Source of the DNA: Octopus vulgaris | Taxonomy: Eukaryota | DNA: 64,000 nt | Assembly: GCA_951406725.2 (NCBI GenBank) | Contig: OX597815.1 | Span: 30,566,001-30,630,000 of the forward strand | Direction: 5' to 3' | In this document: in pieces, positions 1-12,874 of the stretch | How positions within the stretch are numbered: position 1 is the stretch's first letter | Layout of the letters: each line of letters starts with the position of its first letter | The notes under the pieces: model-generated | Databases searched by the model: none | What the model saw: only the letters and a program-made list of their open reading frames with translations | What the model was told of the DNA's origin: nothing | Translations under genes and position numbers: made by a program

Positions 1-83
1 TATTGGCTTTACTTTCGCTTATAACTTAGTACATTTATTTTGTTTCTTTCACATGATTTCTTTCTTCTTAAATACTTTATATA

Positions 84-245
84 AGCGCAGGTATAGATGC
101 ATGGTTCAAACATTCTATTCAAAACTTTATGGTTTCGTGTTTGATTCTAATGCAAGAAACCTTAAGCTAGTGTCTTCTACAATATTTTCTTGGCACATTG
201 TGAGTGAAATATGGTGAATGGAAACTGTGGAAGATTCTTGTAGGT
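84..245 (+). mobile_element. Degenerate 5' half of tRNA-derived SINE family D
   Basis: Diverged match to the copy at 35372 (gtgtcttctac...ttgtgagtg...ggaaactg). Confidence 0.55.
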
Positions 246-504
246 AACTTTCTGTTTTAAGGTAGTATCCTTAATCTAACGACTGGTGTGACTGAACCAC
301 TTAGCCTTTGTGCTCCTGGAACGGTGTTGATTTTGATGTAAGCATTCGGACCTAGTTTTCCAATATGAGGCCATGATCTTGCCTTTTCCCAACAGACCTG
401 AAAAATATCATGGGAACTGCTTTCTTCTGTTCATCTCATACTTCCATTCAAAAAAATGTTTTCTCTCTTATGTTTGATGCCCAAACATTTAGATATTTTT
501 GATT

Positions 505-712
505 TATAATCATTTCTAAAATAGGCAGAACGTCTGAAAATTTGAGAGAGGAGATTAGTCAATTAAAATCAATCCTATTATAATTTATCGAAACCAGAGG
601 GGTAAAAAGTTAGTTTGACCTCGGTAAGGTTTCAAATTAGATTGAAAGAGACTTAACTAAACAAGGCCGATCGTTTTGTCAGATCTTCAAATAATTTAAC
701 CACTGCAGCCCC
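505..712 (-). mobile_element. Degenerate SINE family E copy
   Basis: aatttatcgaaacc...tttgacctcgg resembles the young copy at 23475-23706. Confidence 0.45.
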
Positions 713-744
713 CTCTTTAACTAATAATAAACGAGACTTAGCGA

Positions 745-854
745 AGAAAAATGAAGTATTGGGGCGATTCATTGGACTAAAAATCCTTCAAGGCGGTGCC
801 CCAGCATGGCCGCAGTCTAATAACTGAAACAATAGAATAAAAGAATAAAAGAAT
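745..854 (+). mobile_element. 3' end of SINE family D
   Basis: aggcggtgccccagcatggccgcagtc...ctgaaac plus AAAAGAAT-type tail, as at 35738-35803. Confidence 0.75.
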
Positions 855-1204
855 GTCAACAGTTATCAAGCTTGAGAACCACTGCTTTACATTAATGAAG
901 CGAGTGTGTCGTAAAGATACATCTTATGAAAGAAGCTGTTCTCTAAAAACGAAATGCAACAACGATTAGCTCATCCACAATAGAAACTGCGGAATAGTAT
1001 GAAGACTGACGATTATATCATTGTCTTGATCGTCATTGCTCTCCATGCATATTCTGAAGTAAGAAATAATAATTCAAAAATTTAGTACAAGTACTTCCAG
1101 TTCCTACTTTGCCATCTACACACACACACACACACACATTTACATATATTTCTTTTGTAAAGTTTCAGCTCAGAGCTGCGGCCATGCTGATGCACCGCCG
1201 TTTA

Positions 1205-1452
1205 TAAATGCGCCCTTTTAAAGCCTAGCCAGGCTCAAGGGCCCAGTTTCCCGATTTCTATGGCGCATGTGTTCCCCAGCTGGACGGGACGCCAGTCCAT
1301 CGCAGCGTTACTCATTTTTGCCAGCTGAGTGAACTGGAGCAAAGTGAAATGAAATGTTTTGCTCAAGAACACAACGCGTCGCCCGGTCCAGGAATCGAAA
1401 CCACAATCTTACGATCATGATGCTGTCACCATAAACACTAAGCCACGCGCCT

Positions 1453-1454
<2 letters not shown>
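1205..1454 (-). mobile_element. tRNA-derived SINE with CORE-like centre, tail Y (family C)
   Basis: Minus strand: A box TGGCTTAGTG, B box GGTTTCGATTCC, CORE-like gttgtgttcttgagcaaaaca...ctcagctg, tail gcgatggactggcgtcccgtcc. Confidence 0.85.
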
Positions 1455-1496
<42 letters not shown>

Positions 1497-1514
1497 GTAT
1501 AATTCGCTTTGTGC

Positions 1515-1920
1515 TTAGTTATAAGAGCGTGGACTGTATTTTCGTCGCTCTGTGCGCATCAAGTACAACGGCGGCTGACAGACAGCACTTCCATAAGTGT
1601 AGAGGTTATCTCGAACCAGTATTGTTCTCCACCAGTATCACCGCCAGGCCAAGAATTTTTAAGCATTCTCCATAGTCCAGCCCTGCAATTTCGCCATAAC
1701 GGACCAGCTATTTCTCATCGACGCTCAAAGTCTTCGAGAGAAAGTTGTCGCTCTTGGCCAACACTCTTATCGATTGCCAAAGCGAAAGTTCTTCCGACCA
1801 CATTGTTCTACTGGCAGAGAATCTTGGCGCTAGGTACCCTACCATGATCTACGCTTGATCCAGGACTGAAATTGTCAAAAAGATGAGATCTGCCAATGCG
1901 AATCTTCTCCATAGCTTGGG
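1515..1920 (-). pseudogene. L1/Tx1-clade ORF2 C-terminal (zf-RVT-like) remnant
   Basis: Manual minus-strand translation FLAWR*YWWRTILVRDNLYTYGSAV, frameshift, then SRRCT*CAQSDENTVHALI (CxxC...E...H zinc finger). Confidence 0.6.
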
Positions 1921-2045
1921 TGTATGATGGCTTTTGCTGGTGAATGTGATAATGTTTCTGTGGTGCTAGTGATTGTCAGTAGATACTGATGATGGTGGCT
2001 TTGGTAATATTAGTGCCATTGTTGTGGAAGGTAGTATTAGTGTTT

Positions 2046-2426
2046 GGAGGCGCAATGGCCCAGTGGTTAGGGCAGCGGACTCGCGGTCGTAGGATCGCGG
2101 TTTCGATTCCCAGACCGGGCGTTGTGAGTGTTTATTGAGCAAAAACACCTAAAGCTCTACGAGGCTCCGGCAGGGATGGTGGTGATCCCTGCTGTACTCT
2201 TTCACCACAACTTTCTCTCACTCTTACTTCCTGTTTCTGTTGTACCTGTATTTCAAAGGGCCGACCTTGTCACTCTCTGTGTCACGCTGAATATCCCCGA
2301 GAACTACGTTAAGGGTACACGTGTCTGTGGAGTGCTCAGCCACTTACACGTTAATTTCACGAGCAGGCTGTTCCGTTGATCGGATCAACCGGAACCCTCG
2401 TCGTCGTGACCGACGGAGTGCTTCCA
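2046..2426 (+). mobile_element. Full-length young tRNA-derived SINE family A (tail X)
   Basis: A box TGGCCCAGTGG, B box GGTTTCGATTCC; near-identical to 27222-27602; 11-bp TSD agtattagtgt (2033-2043/2432-2442). Confidence 0.92.
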
Positions 2427-2949
2427 TATACAGTATTAGTGTGTTATTGTTGGGATGTTTCTTCAGTTTGCTTTCACTTCTCAGCTTTGGAACATGAATT
2501 TGTCTCTTTCTTATCTTTTTTTGTTCATCACATTTTACCATTTATCTGTTTCTCCGTCACATACATCACGTAGCATGTCCGAGTATTCCAAACTGGGAGA
2601 GTTACATCTTGTGGTGATGTATTTATTTTTTTGTTGTTATTCGGTGGATGGCAGTTATTGTTCGTGATGTGGTGACTTTGGAGAACGTTGTTACTCACGT
2701 TTTTGTTACCGTTCTTTTCCGCTCTTTGCCTTATTTCTGTTAATTCTAATGCTTCTACTACTGTTGCTCCTGCTGTTGTTGTTGTTGTTGTTAAGCAACA
2801 AGACGGGTAAGGGTGATTAGGTGATGGTCTAGAGCTTAGGGGCGGGAAACCCCAGAACTTAGAAAAAAAAACTTTGGTCGTCTTGTTATAGTCGAGGGCT
2901 CTTCGTTGACGTCCGACACCACTGCGAGATGGCCCACGAAGTCGCTGGA

Positions 2950-3700
2950 AATGGAGATCCCCCGGTCCAAATTCTTGGACGGCTGTTGCTGCTGCAGCTG
3001 TTGTTGGTGAAGCTGTAGCTGTCCTTGCAGGGATTACTGTTGCCTTAACAGCTGCTGATTCTAGTGTTGCAGTTGCTATCGTTATTACTTTTGCAGCTGC
3101 ACACTGCCATTAGAGTTAATGCTATGGCTTTTGCGGTGATTGTGTTGACATAAGGGGTGTCGTTCTTCTCCCATCTTTTTCTGTGGGCAGAAAGCTTCGA
3201 GATCGTTTGTGTTGCCACACAATGAACATCTTATCTTTCTGGTCACGAAGGCCACGTAAAATTTTTGTGCAGCCCGACAGATTGATCTGGTCTCGGATGG
3301 ATTCCATGCTTTCTTTATTCGTTTGTATCATTAGCTACATATTGTGACCCGATCAATTTTATTTATGCAGCCTCGGGACATGCATAAGGTTAGTTTTGTC
3401 TTCTACGTTTAAAACCAAACGCTTATTTCTGGGGGTACATCAACAATCTTGTTGCTTACTACCTTACGGCTACATTAGATTGATATGGGAACCAATTCGT
3501 AATTCCTTAGAGTTGTTATGATGTGTTTCTTGGTCCTGTCTGCTATCGGAAATCTTGGTTTTATTGTGCTATATTTTTCCTATAACAATCTATTTCCGTG
3601 CCCCGGATTAGTCTGAGGCTCTTTTCTATTTGCTACTCTGTCGCTCGCTCTGTTTTGTGGCTATTATTCCTATCTTTTTATATTTTCAGATTTCTTTTTG
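2950..3700 (-). pseudogene. L1/Tx1-type ORF1 remnant (RRM-like region plus degenerate zinc knuckle)
   Basis: EKYSTIKPRF...ELVPISI*CSRKVVSNKIVDVPPEISVW aligns with the ORF at 19486; RCSLCGNTNDLEAFC is CX2CX4(H>D)X4C. Confidence 0.6.
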
Positions 3701-4315
3701 TCGCATGTATTTTAGGATATCTTATTCTACGTTCCGGCCAGATATTATCACGAGGTAGTTAACATTCGTTAATTCGTGCAGCATTACTTCAATTTGTTCC
3801 TCCTGTCGTTCTGCATTTGTTTACTCGATAACTTTGGCTTTGTTAATTATGATGTCTGAGATGGATTTTTATTTTCGTTACTCTTAATAGATGTGATGGC
3901 AATCGTGGCGGACGTGGAAATTCCAAGTGGGTTGGCTCGATAATTTCGTCTCGCATACACGTTGTTATTGTTGATTTTCGTGCTAATTGGTGTTATTATT
4001 TCGGTCTGTACTAGTGTCAGAGATCTTGGTAGTAGTCTTACTTTCATGTATGTTTTACACTTACCAGATTGTTGTTGCTGGCATTATTGTTGTTCATACA
4101 TTTTCTGTGAACTGTTTCAAGTGGGAAATTAGTATTGATAAGGTAATGGCCGTTGGAACAGCAAACCTTCACTTGTGTTTACGAAGCTGTATGCTCTCCA
4201 TGCATGCGATAAATTATTATCCCTTTGATAGACATCAGCATGTATCAGCAAATAATTTGTTTGCCTAAATAAGAGCTATAATTCTTGTGTAGTTTTATTC
4301 ATCCGTAGGACAGAC

Positions 4316-4360
4316 TTAACTGAAGAGACACAACCAGGTCGAAACACTAATGTGTCTTAA
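4316..4360 (+). ncRNA. Type I hammerhead ribozyme, core intact
   Basis: ttaa-CTGAAGA-GAC(acaaccag)GTC-GAAA-CAC(taat)GTG-TC^ttaa; all three stems can pair; predicted cleavage after C4356. Confidence 0.7.
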
Positions 4361-4373
4361 CTTCCCGTCACGT

Positions 4374-5081
4374 CAGTGGTTCTCAACCAATTTTTCTTCC
4401 AAAAACATGAGCGGTTACCTCGTTGCCAATCGAATCTGCCGGAAAGTACGGTGAATGACAATTATATCATTATATCTCTGAACGAGGTATAAACAGTAAC
4501 TGCACGACAATGTGAGATATACTTGCCATCTCAATATGGCTAACCACTAAGGGTGGGTGTTACTGTAGCTTGTAGCCCCAGGAGATAATCGTCTCCAGCT
4601 GGCTTTAGGCATACTTTCTGTGTCCTTATGGTATTTGCAAAGGGAGGTCATCCTGCCCTCGTCAACCTAAGTGATACGCACGGACTGCAGTTTCTAGGTT
4701 TTGACCTGTCAACTTAGGTTGACGAGGGAAGGGTGACCTCCCTTTGCAAATACCATAAGGGCACAGAAAGTGTGCCTAAATCCAGCTGGAGACGATGTTC
4801 TCCTGGGGCTACAAGCTACAGTAAAACCCACCCTTAGTGGTTAGCCATATTGTGATGGCAAATATACCTCAAATTATATCATTGTTTTTGATTAATCAGG
4901 TTGACCCTCATAGTCACGCGATGTTTGAAAAAAATATCTTTATATTAGGAATTGCATTAAAAAATTCTTAAGATACCTGTTGTATTGAAGAAATGTAAGC
5001 ACTTTATTGCACATACATTTTAACTAAATACGTATTACACGGACATTTAAGGGTCATGTAGATCCCGGTTTAGAACTACTG
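4374..5081. mobile_element. hAT/Charlie-like MITE ends enclosing later insertions
   Basis: TIR CAGTGGTTCTCAACC (4374-4388) and GGTTTAGAACTACTG (5067-5081), 13/15 match; degenerate 8-bp TSD cgtcacgt/cttcacat. Confidence 0.6.
4472..4871. mobile_element. Fold-back (palindromic) retroposon-like insertion
   Basis: About 160-bp inverted arms 4513-4672 and 4712-4871; perfect 12-bp direct repeat aattatatcatt at 4460-4471 and 4872-4883. Confidence 0.85.
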
Positions 5082-5259
5082 CTTCACATTAATGGATCGA
5101 GTGTGTTGTAGAAATACTTCGTATGAAAGAAGTTCTTCTCCCAAAACAGCGATTAGTTCATTTACAATAGAATCTGCCGGAAAGTATGAAGACTGTCGAT
5201 TATGTCATTGTCTTCATTATCATTGTTCTCCATACATATTCTAAAATAATAAATATTTC

Positions 5260-5660
5260 TTTCAAATATTTGACACAAGGCCAGTCACTTTGAGGGAAAG
5301 AAGGAAAATCGATTACATCGATCTCAGTACGTATGTTATAGGCCTCAATACTTATTTTAGTGATCGAAGTATTTATTCAATCGACCCCGAAAAGATCTAT
5401 GTCACACTTGACCACAGCGGAATTTGAACTCAGAATTTAATGACTCGAAAAAAATTTCGCTAAGCATTTTATCCGATACACTATCGATTCTTTTAGCAAA
5501 CGGACAGCAAATTTTAGTGGAGGCGCTATGTCGACTACTTAGACTTCAGTGCTCAACTTTATCGACCCCGGAAGGATGAAGGGCAAAGCGCGATTTGAAC
5601 CCAGATCGTAAAGTCAAAGATAAAATGCTGCAGGGCATTTTGTCTACTTTCTAACTTTAA
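5260..5660 (-). mobile_element. Two tandem diverged SINE family E copies
   Basis: tcgaccccgaaaag...gcggaatttgaactcagaa and atcgaccccggaaggatgaagggcaaag. Confidence 0.7.
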
Positions 5661-6149
5661 TCCATCACTTCATTATTATTATTGAAAAATAGGAAAAACG
5701 AAGAATAAAACAGAATGAAAGGAGAGAGTTAATTAAAACTCGGCAACTTAGGTTTAATTTAGACTTCGAAATCAAAGAATTAGATCTGAGAGAGCAAAAT
5801 AAATACATTAGGGTAGATAAAACTGATAATATACAATATAGGGAAATAAAGGAGAAAAATTAGAAAAGCATATTAGAGAACGCCAGATTAAAACTTATAA
5901 CTAAACTTGATATCAACATGTAAGCGAAGTATACACACACATACATACATTCATATATATATACACATATTCATGCATGTGTGTGCGTGTATATGCGCAT
6001 GTGTAAGTGTGTATATGTGTATGTATATATGTATGTAAACGGCAAAGTGGGAACTGGAAGCTAATCATTCCAAGACAAAGAAATTGACATATTGACAAAC
6101 TAATAAATAAAAATAAAAGAAACGAGAATAACAAGAAAAACAACGAAAG

Positions 6150-6560
6150 AGAAAAATCAAAGTTGAAATCTAAAAATTACTGATGAAAGAAATGGAGAAC
6201 AAAATCTCACAATTATCAGCATCCTGCAGGAATGGACAAAAAGAAAGCTAATATGAAAGCAATAGCTGACAATGTGTGGCCTTAAGACAGAAACGAAAAG
6301 TGGAATCTAAGCTGTACAACATCGATGGTTAATGAGAAGAAAAAAAAGCTACCAAATTAAAACAATAGAACAAGTGGCGAACATTATGGAATTAACACGA
6401 AGAAAGAAATTTACTGCATAATGTCTGGTGACCATGTTTCGTGTAGGCAGACTACAAACATAAACAACTTTGACTAGGAAGATATATCCAATGAGAATAC
6501 GACAACACTATAATTTAAACTAAAAATAAATGGTCGAAACGCAAGAAAATGGCTGCCATA
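6150..6560 (+). pseudogene. Highly decayed R4/Dong-like LINE fragment
   Basis: GLKTETKSGI*AVQHR resembles the GLKxETEGxxxAAQDQ motif upstream of the CCHC/RLE region. Confidence 0.35.
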
Positions 6561-6999
6561 CTATGTAAAATATATGTAAAGTATCGTTCTAACCTTGCAC
6601 GACTATTAAAGGTAGCCGAACGTATGTTGAACAACTAATTGAATACTGAATATGGATTCAACTGCGATATCAGGAATTCTCTTTTGGAGGTGCTTCGGTG
6701 AAAATATGCCAAAAATCACGTATACATATGGAATAAACAGTAATAAAACACACACACGCATTTACACACGAAAGTGTCATGTACATCCACTTACACGATT
6801 GCAAGCATAAACCCTCGACAGCACTCTTGACTTAGACAAAAGAACCGTGCTACACTGTTAATGACCGGCTTTAGCCCTGCAGGGGAAAACCTTTCCATAT
6901 ATCTTATTTCCTAAAGAACAATCAATCGGTCGATCGATTTATTCATCCATCCATCTGCCTATTCATCGATCGATCCATCTATATATCCGTCCCCCCATA

Positions 7000-7018
7000 T
7001 GTATATATATATATATAT

Positions 7019-7102
<84 letters not shown>

Positions 7103-7110
7103 AGAGAGAA
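7000..7110. repeat. (TA)n(AG)n microsatellite
   Basis: Direct inspection. Confidence 0.95.
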
Positions 7111-8009
7111 AGAAAGACACTTACACGTAAGCACATAATCGCATTGGCCTAATGGATATACGAACAATAATGCTTTATTCATTATTCAATTTAGCCTTTG
7201 GAATGATATAATAGAATTTAGATTGTTTCGTAAAACCTCTATATTCGAGTGAGTAATAGGAAAAAACGTTTTTATACCTTGGGAGAGTCATTACACCAGT
7301 AATAACACTCGCACAGGTTCAGTTTCACTTCTTTATTAGTACACACTTGGCAGAATATCTATCGAACTAACAACTTAGTTGGATAGACATTCAACTAATT
7401 GACTAATAATAAAGAAGTGAAATTGAACCTGTGCGTGTTATTATTATTATTGGCGTAATGACTCTCCCTAGACTAAAAAAAATTGCTTCAACACCTGAAT
7501 TCACAACAAGAATCTTACAAATCAAATACAAAAACGAAATTAAAAGAAAAAAATTCTTCAGAAATTTTATGAGTTTGGATAGATTTTTATGCTTAGGAAG
7601 TTCGCATGTGCTATCTTAGCCACTTTCATTAAAAAAGCATAAAAAAACTCAGAATAAATTTGGACTTTAATGGACAGGTTACCAGCAACTACAACAGGAA
7701 TGGCTATTAGCTGCTGATGACCCAGTAAAACATGAAGCGCTACAGTATTAAAAGGTGTTAAATTACCGTTATGTGCATATACATTGAAGACACTAAGTTA
7801 CACCAGGGTGTTAACTTATGCAAGGTTTTAGTAATCCGGAATGTAACTTTAGGAAGGTGGATGTTTTTGAGAAATTTTCTAGCGATTCAGTTATATAATA
7901 AAAATAAAATTTTATATTTGAATCTCTTTGACGGAGAAAAAAAATATATATATAAATACGTCAAAGTCGTGTTTTCAAGCTGGATTTATATATAATATGC
8001 AAACGTACA

Positions 8010-8041
8010 AACATACATACATACATACATACAGACAGACA

Positions 8042-8135
<94 letters not shown>

Positions 8136-8431
8136 ATATTTGTGTGACATGTATATATATACAAATATATATACATGTTCTTATACAGTCACGAAAATTG
8201 AAAAAATGGACTTTAAAAATTTGCATCGTTGCTTGTAATAACAGTCAGAAAATATATACTGAAACCGAAAACAAAATATCTATGTAATAAATAAACAAAA
8301 CAAAATGTATCATAAAGGCACACATAGCTGCACATACTCTCGTAGACCCGTAAACACACATTTAGACGCACATAAGCAGGTATATAGGCATACGTACATG
8401 TGTACATATATGTATGCATGCCTGTATATAC

Positions 8432-8489
<58 letters not shown>

Positions 8490-8514
8490 ATATATATGTC
8501 TATATATATGTATG

Positions 8515-8583
<69 letters not shown>

Positions 8584-8724
8584 GTATATATATGTATGTA
8601 TGCATGTATATATTTATTTGTATGTGTGTGTGAGTGTGTGGGTGTGTCTGTGTGTATGTGTGCATGTGTGTATATAAGTGAAATGAAAAAAGGAAAATTT
8701 CGCTTGAAATATAGTTAAAAAATT

Positions 8725-8771
<47 letters not shown>

Positions 8772-8780
8772 GTGAGAGAG
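8010..8780. repeat. Compound microsatellite cluster (CATA, CA, TA, TG, AG)
   Basis: Direct inspection. Confidence 0.9.
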
Positions 8781-9245
8781 TGAGATAGGAGAGAAAAGGG
8801 GAAGATGGGAAGAGATTGGAAAATCTACTATGAAAGTAGGATAGAAACAGGAATAGAAATAGAGAGAGAATGTTATGAGTCAGTGAGGGACAAAGACACT
8901 GACGAAGTAATACCACATTAAATATTTATCAAGAATTATATACAATTATTTTCCTTCTGTTTTTCTCCCTCTCATTTTTTTTTTTTTGGCAAATTTAAAT
9001 AAAAGTAATTTATTTTCGTTTCAGAAACACGCTATATCCAGAGTAGAAACGAAATACTGAAGTAGTTTCTAATTTTTCTATTCTGTTTAAAAAAATGCGT
9101 GTGTCAGCGGAACAATTCTCAACGTACAATTCTCGTGATAAATTTAATATTTCTTGTAGTAGATGTAAAATTGCATATGTAAGAGAAAGAATTACAAATT
9201 CTAGACAGAGTTTTAGATAGAGTAAACTGCCACGTTTATACTTAC

Positions 9246-9445
9246 TACGTACATACATACATACATACATACATACATACATACATACATACGTACGTAC
9301 GTACGTACGTACGTACATACATACATAAATACATACATACATACATAAATACATACATACATACATACAGACATACATACGTACGTACATACATACATAA
9401 ATACATACATATATGTGTGTGTAAATGTGTATGTATGTGTGCGTG

Positions 9446-9492
<47 letters not shown>
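9246..9492. repeat. (ACAT)n/(ACGT)n/(TG)n microsatellite
   Basis: Direct inspection. Confidence 0.95.
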
Positions 9493-9495
<3 letters not shown>

Positions 9496-10049
9496 AGCAT
9501 TGGCTATAGTAGATAGAACGTGAAGAAGAATCAGAATGGTTAATAATAATGAATATGATTTCGCAATGACAGTATTAATATTACTCATATTCTCATTCTA
9601 AGAAAGAAAACAGCTCACATCAGACTAGCAATTCGGTAGATATATTCAACTCTACAGCATTTGTAAAGTTTTGAGTGGATTCAAGCTGCTAGGTAGCTTC
9701 TCCGTCTAACTTCGTCTATTGTAAATTTTGGTGAATGCGTCAAACTAAAGAATTCAAACAAAACTAAGTCTTCTCTTCATAGTCATTTATTCAGGATACT
9801 GCAAGTCCCTCTAAAGAAATACCTTTTAGAAGAACATTTTTGTCAAAGCTATGAAGGAAGATTTTAGCCTTCGCAACCAATGTGATTGGTAAAATTTATG
9901 ACACAATATCTTACGACATATATGCATAGAAGAAGTAAAATTCAAATTGTTATGTCTGACTGGTTATAATGTATAGGTAAGCATTGGTTAAAGTTACTTT
10001 GTATAATGAATAACAACATATTGTAGCATCAATATAACCAGACTAGGTA

Positions 10050-10361
10050 TTGTTCTTGTTGTTTGTTCCTTCTCGAGCCATACCTGGCTCATAAGGGCCG
10101 GTTTCCCGGTTTCTTGGCGTATAGGTTCCCCACCTGGACAGGACGCCGGTCCGTCGCAGATGAGCTGCAAGATGCAGGAGGAAAGAGTGAGAGAAAGTTG
10201 TGGCGAAAGAGTCAGCGGAAGTTCGCCATTACCTTCTGCCGGAGCCGCGTGGAGCTTAGGTGTTTTCACTCATAAACACACACACCGCCCGTTCTGAGAT
10301 TCGAACCCGCGATCTTTCGACTTCGAGTCCGCTGCTCTAACCACTAGGCTATGTGCCTCCA
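10050..10361 (-). mobile_element. tRNA-derived SINE family B (family A head and centre, tail Y)
   Basis: Minus strand: tagcctagtggttagagcagcggactcg...gggttcgaatc, centre aaaacacctaagctccacg...caactttctctcactc as in family A, tail gcgacggaccggcgtcctgtcc as in 1205-1454. Confidence 0.85.
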
Positions 10362-11896
10362 CTACAAGGTATTACATTGAAATACTACGTTAATAATGAA
10401 TCCTTGTCGTAAATGAATAGTTGCTGAGAATTATAAGCTTAAAGGATGTTAAACCTCTCTAGAATATTAGTAAGGATGTTCCCAGAGCAATATAACATTC
10501 CTGAATTTGAACTACAAACGAATAAACTCTTAAGCATAGAAAACATTCCGCATCGTGAACCACTATTTTGAGTTTCTTTTCCAGTAATCCATTTTTATTA
10601 GTTTAATCCCTTTTCGTCATCAAGTATCTCAGATGTACTGTGACTTGGACTGAACCTGCACACCTGTATTGCATACAGAATTTCAATGCTCTTACACAAT
10701 ATGATATGGATATAATATACAAGTTAGACGTTTAATAACCCAGAAATATTTTTCCATAAGTTTTAGTAAAAACCTTACGCTCTTGCTACTTCAACTGAAA
10801 AAAGACCTGGTAAAAACCAGTTGTTAACAATTACCACTTATGATCGGGTGTAAAAGAAATCTAGTAAAATGTCTTTAAACTAGATTAATTACAGTAAATA
10901 AGAGTAAATGACATGATCTTGCATAAGGGAGAAAGAGGCAAATGGTATCAACGATATATAAGACTATGTAAGGGAATGCAATATTTAAATGAATGAAATT
11001 GCCCTTTAATACATGCAGAACAATATACAAGGTTATTAAAGGAAAAATTCTAAAATTAATTTCATATAGGCAATGAATTCTCCAACCCGTCATTTTTTCT
11101 GTTGAACAAGATAAAATACCAAACCTCTTGTCCGGAGTATTTTCTTTTATTTATCGCGGTGTGTTATAGGATTTTCTGCTTATTCGCAGTTCAGGGCCCC
11201 TTCCCAACATACAAGTGTATGAATGTCAGAATTAATAGGCTACAGAATAGCCGCCACAGTTTACCTTTTCCTACATAGACACTGTAATTAGTATGGTTAA
11301 TTAAACGGTGTAGATAACGACCACAACATTATTTTATGAACCACTATTTCATTGAATATAAGTTCTAAGACAAATTCCATTGGAAGGAAATGCTACTTGC
11401 AATAGACTCACGTACTATCCAGGATAAGTTATTAAATTATTTCTCTTAAAGAACAGCGATAACAAGTACTCATATTGATTTTTTACACGATAAAAATATT
11501 AACTTGCCTGAAATATGTTAAACATATCCTGTATTTTGTTTCTAATTGATTCATTTTGTATTTCTATCAACTGCTGTTTAGAAAATTCCGCATTGTATAT
11601 TAATTTAGAATATTTTACGTATGTTTTGACCAAATTAACAAGTTAAAGCATATTCGAACATTTCCTGCAATATCGATTTCATATCGGTTGTCTAATTTTA
11701 CAAATAACTCAACATTCTTACATATTTATTATGTTAGAAATGTAGATATGAATAGGAGTGGCGGTGTGGTAAGTAACTTGCTTACCAACCACAGAGTTCC
11801 GCGTTCATTCCCACTGCGTGTGTCTTCTACTATAGCCTCGGGCCGACCAAAGCCTTGTGAGTGGATTTGGTAGACAGAAACTGAAAGAAGCCTGTC

Positions 11897-11933
<37 letters not shown>

Positions 11934-11934
<1 letters not shown>

Positions 11935-12842
11935 TAGCAGTATCGCCCGGCGTTGCTCGGGTTTGTAAGGGAAATAACTATATAAGCATTTTTAGAGAGT
12001 TATAGCAAAAAATAGCAAAAAATGCATTAAAAATGGATGATGGTAATTTTTTTTTTAATCGTTGACTCATCGTAGATATTTTTAGAGAGTTACTTCCCTT
12101 ATATAATAGCGAAAAAATGCATTAAAATGGAAAAAATTATGGTAAATTTTTTTTTAAATCGTAGACTCATCGTAGACGCGCGCTAATACCCAGAAGGGCT
12201 CGATATGAATCAAGACTATAAGATACCCGGTTTTGGTTAAACTGCACCGCAAAATGTGGGAGTAGTTAGGAATCTAAATCGTAGGAGACAGACACACAAC
12301 TTCACTTTTATATATAAAGATTTGTGCAACAACTAAAACATTCGGTCGTGCAAATTGTTTGCACAGGAAACCTGCTCTGTGTGGCGGATTTTGCCGTTTT
12401 TGTGGATCTGTTTCAGCTTTTTTAGCGATTTCTGTTTTGGCGACTTCAAGCCATGAATTCGTTGTTCTAAAAGAACGCTGGTCTCCTTGACAACGCTTTA
12501 CGACGTTGATTTCCCTACCCTGCCTTCCCCACAGCTTCACGAGGGAGGGAAGAAGGGGAGGAGCTACACAGGTGCAGGTGCGAGCATGAACGCCAACGCC
12601 GCCACCGACACACGAAAAAATTGGAAGAACCCAGACGACAGCTTCAGCCACCACCACTACCACGACCACGACCAACACCATCACCACTACCACCATGACC
12701 ACCACCACTACGCCCATGACCATCACCACCACCATCACGAAGACCACCACGAAGACCACCACGACCACCACGACCACGACCACCCACCATCATCACCACG
12801 ACGACCACCACCACCATCATCACCACCCCCACCATCACGACC

Positions 12843-12874
<32 letters not shown>

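Noticed and set aside
2046-2120. tRNA gene (likewise the other SINE heads and 53505-53555)
   Set aside because: The heads are fused to SINE bodies, lack a proper cloverleaf and terminator, and are often TSD-flanked
7710-7746. Hammerhead-like CTGATGA...GAAGCGCTA with ctg/cag flanks
   Set aside because: Stem II does not pair and GAAA is incomplete; at best a dead relic
7928-9588. Many YI, HT and VC repeat ORFs here and at 17.5-18.3, 20.6-21.3, 28, 33.5, 41.7, 55.9 and 58-61 kb
   Set aside because: Microsatellites lack stop codons in some frames; there is no domain content
9550-11300. CR1-like LINE remnant on the minus strand
   Set aside because: Only faint motif resemblance; cannot be supported by eye
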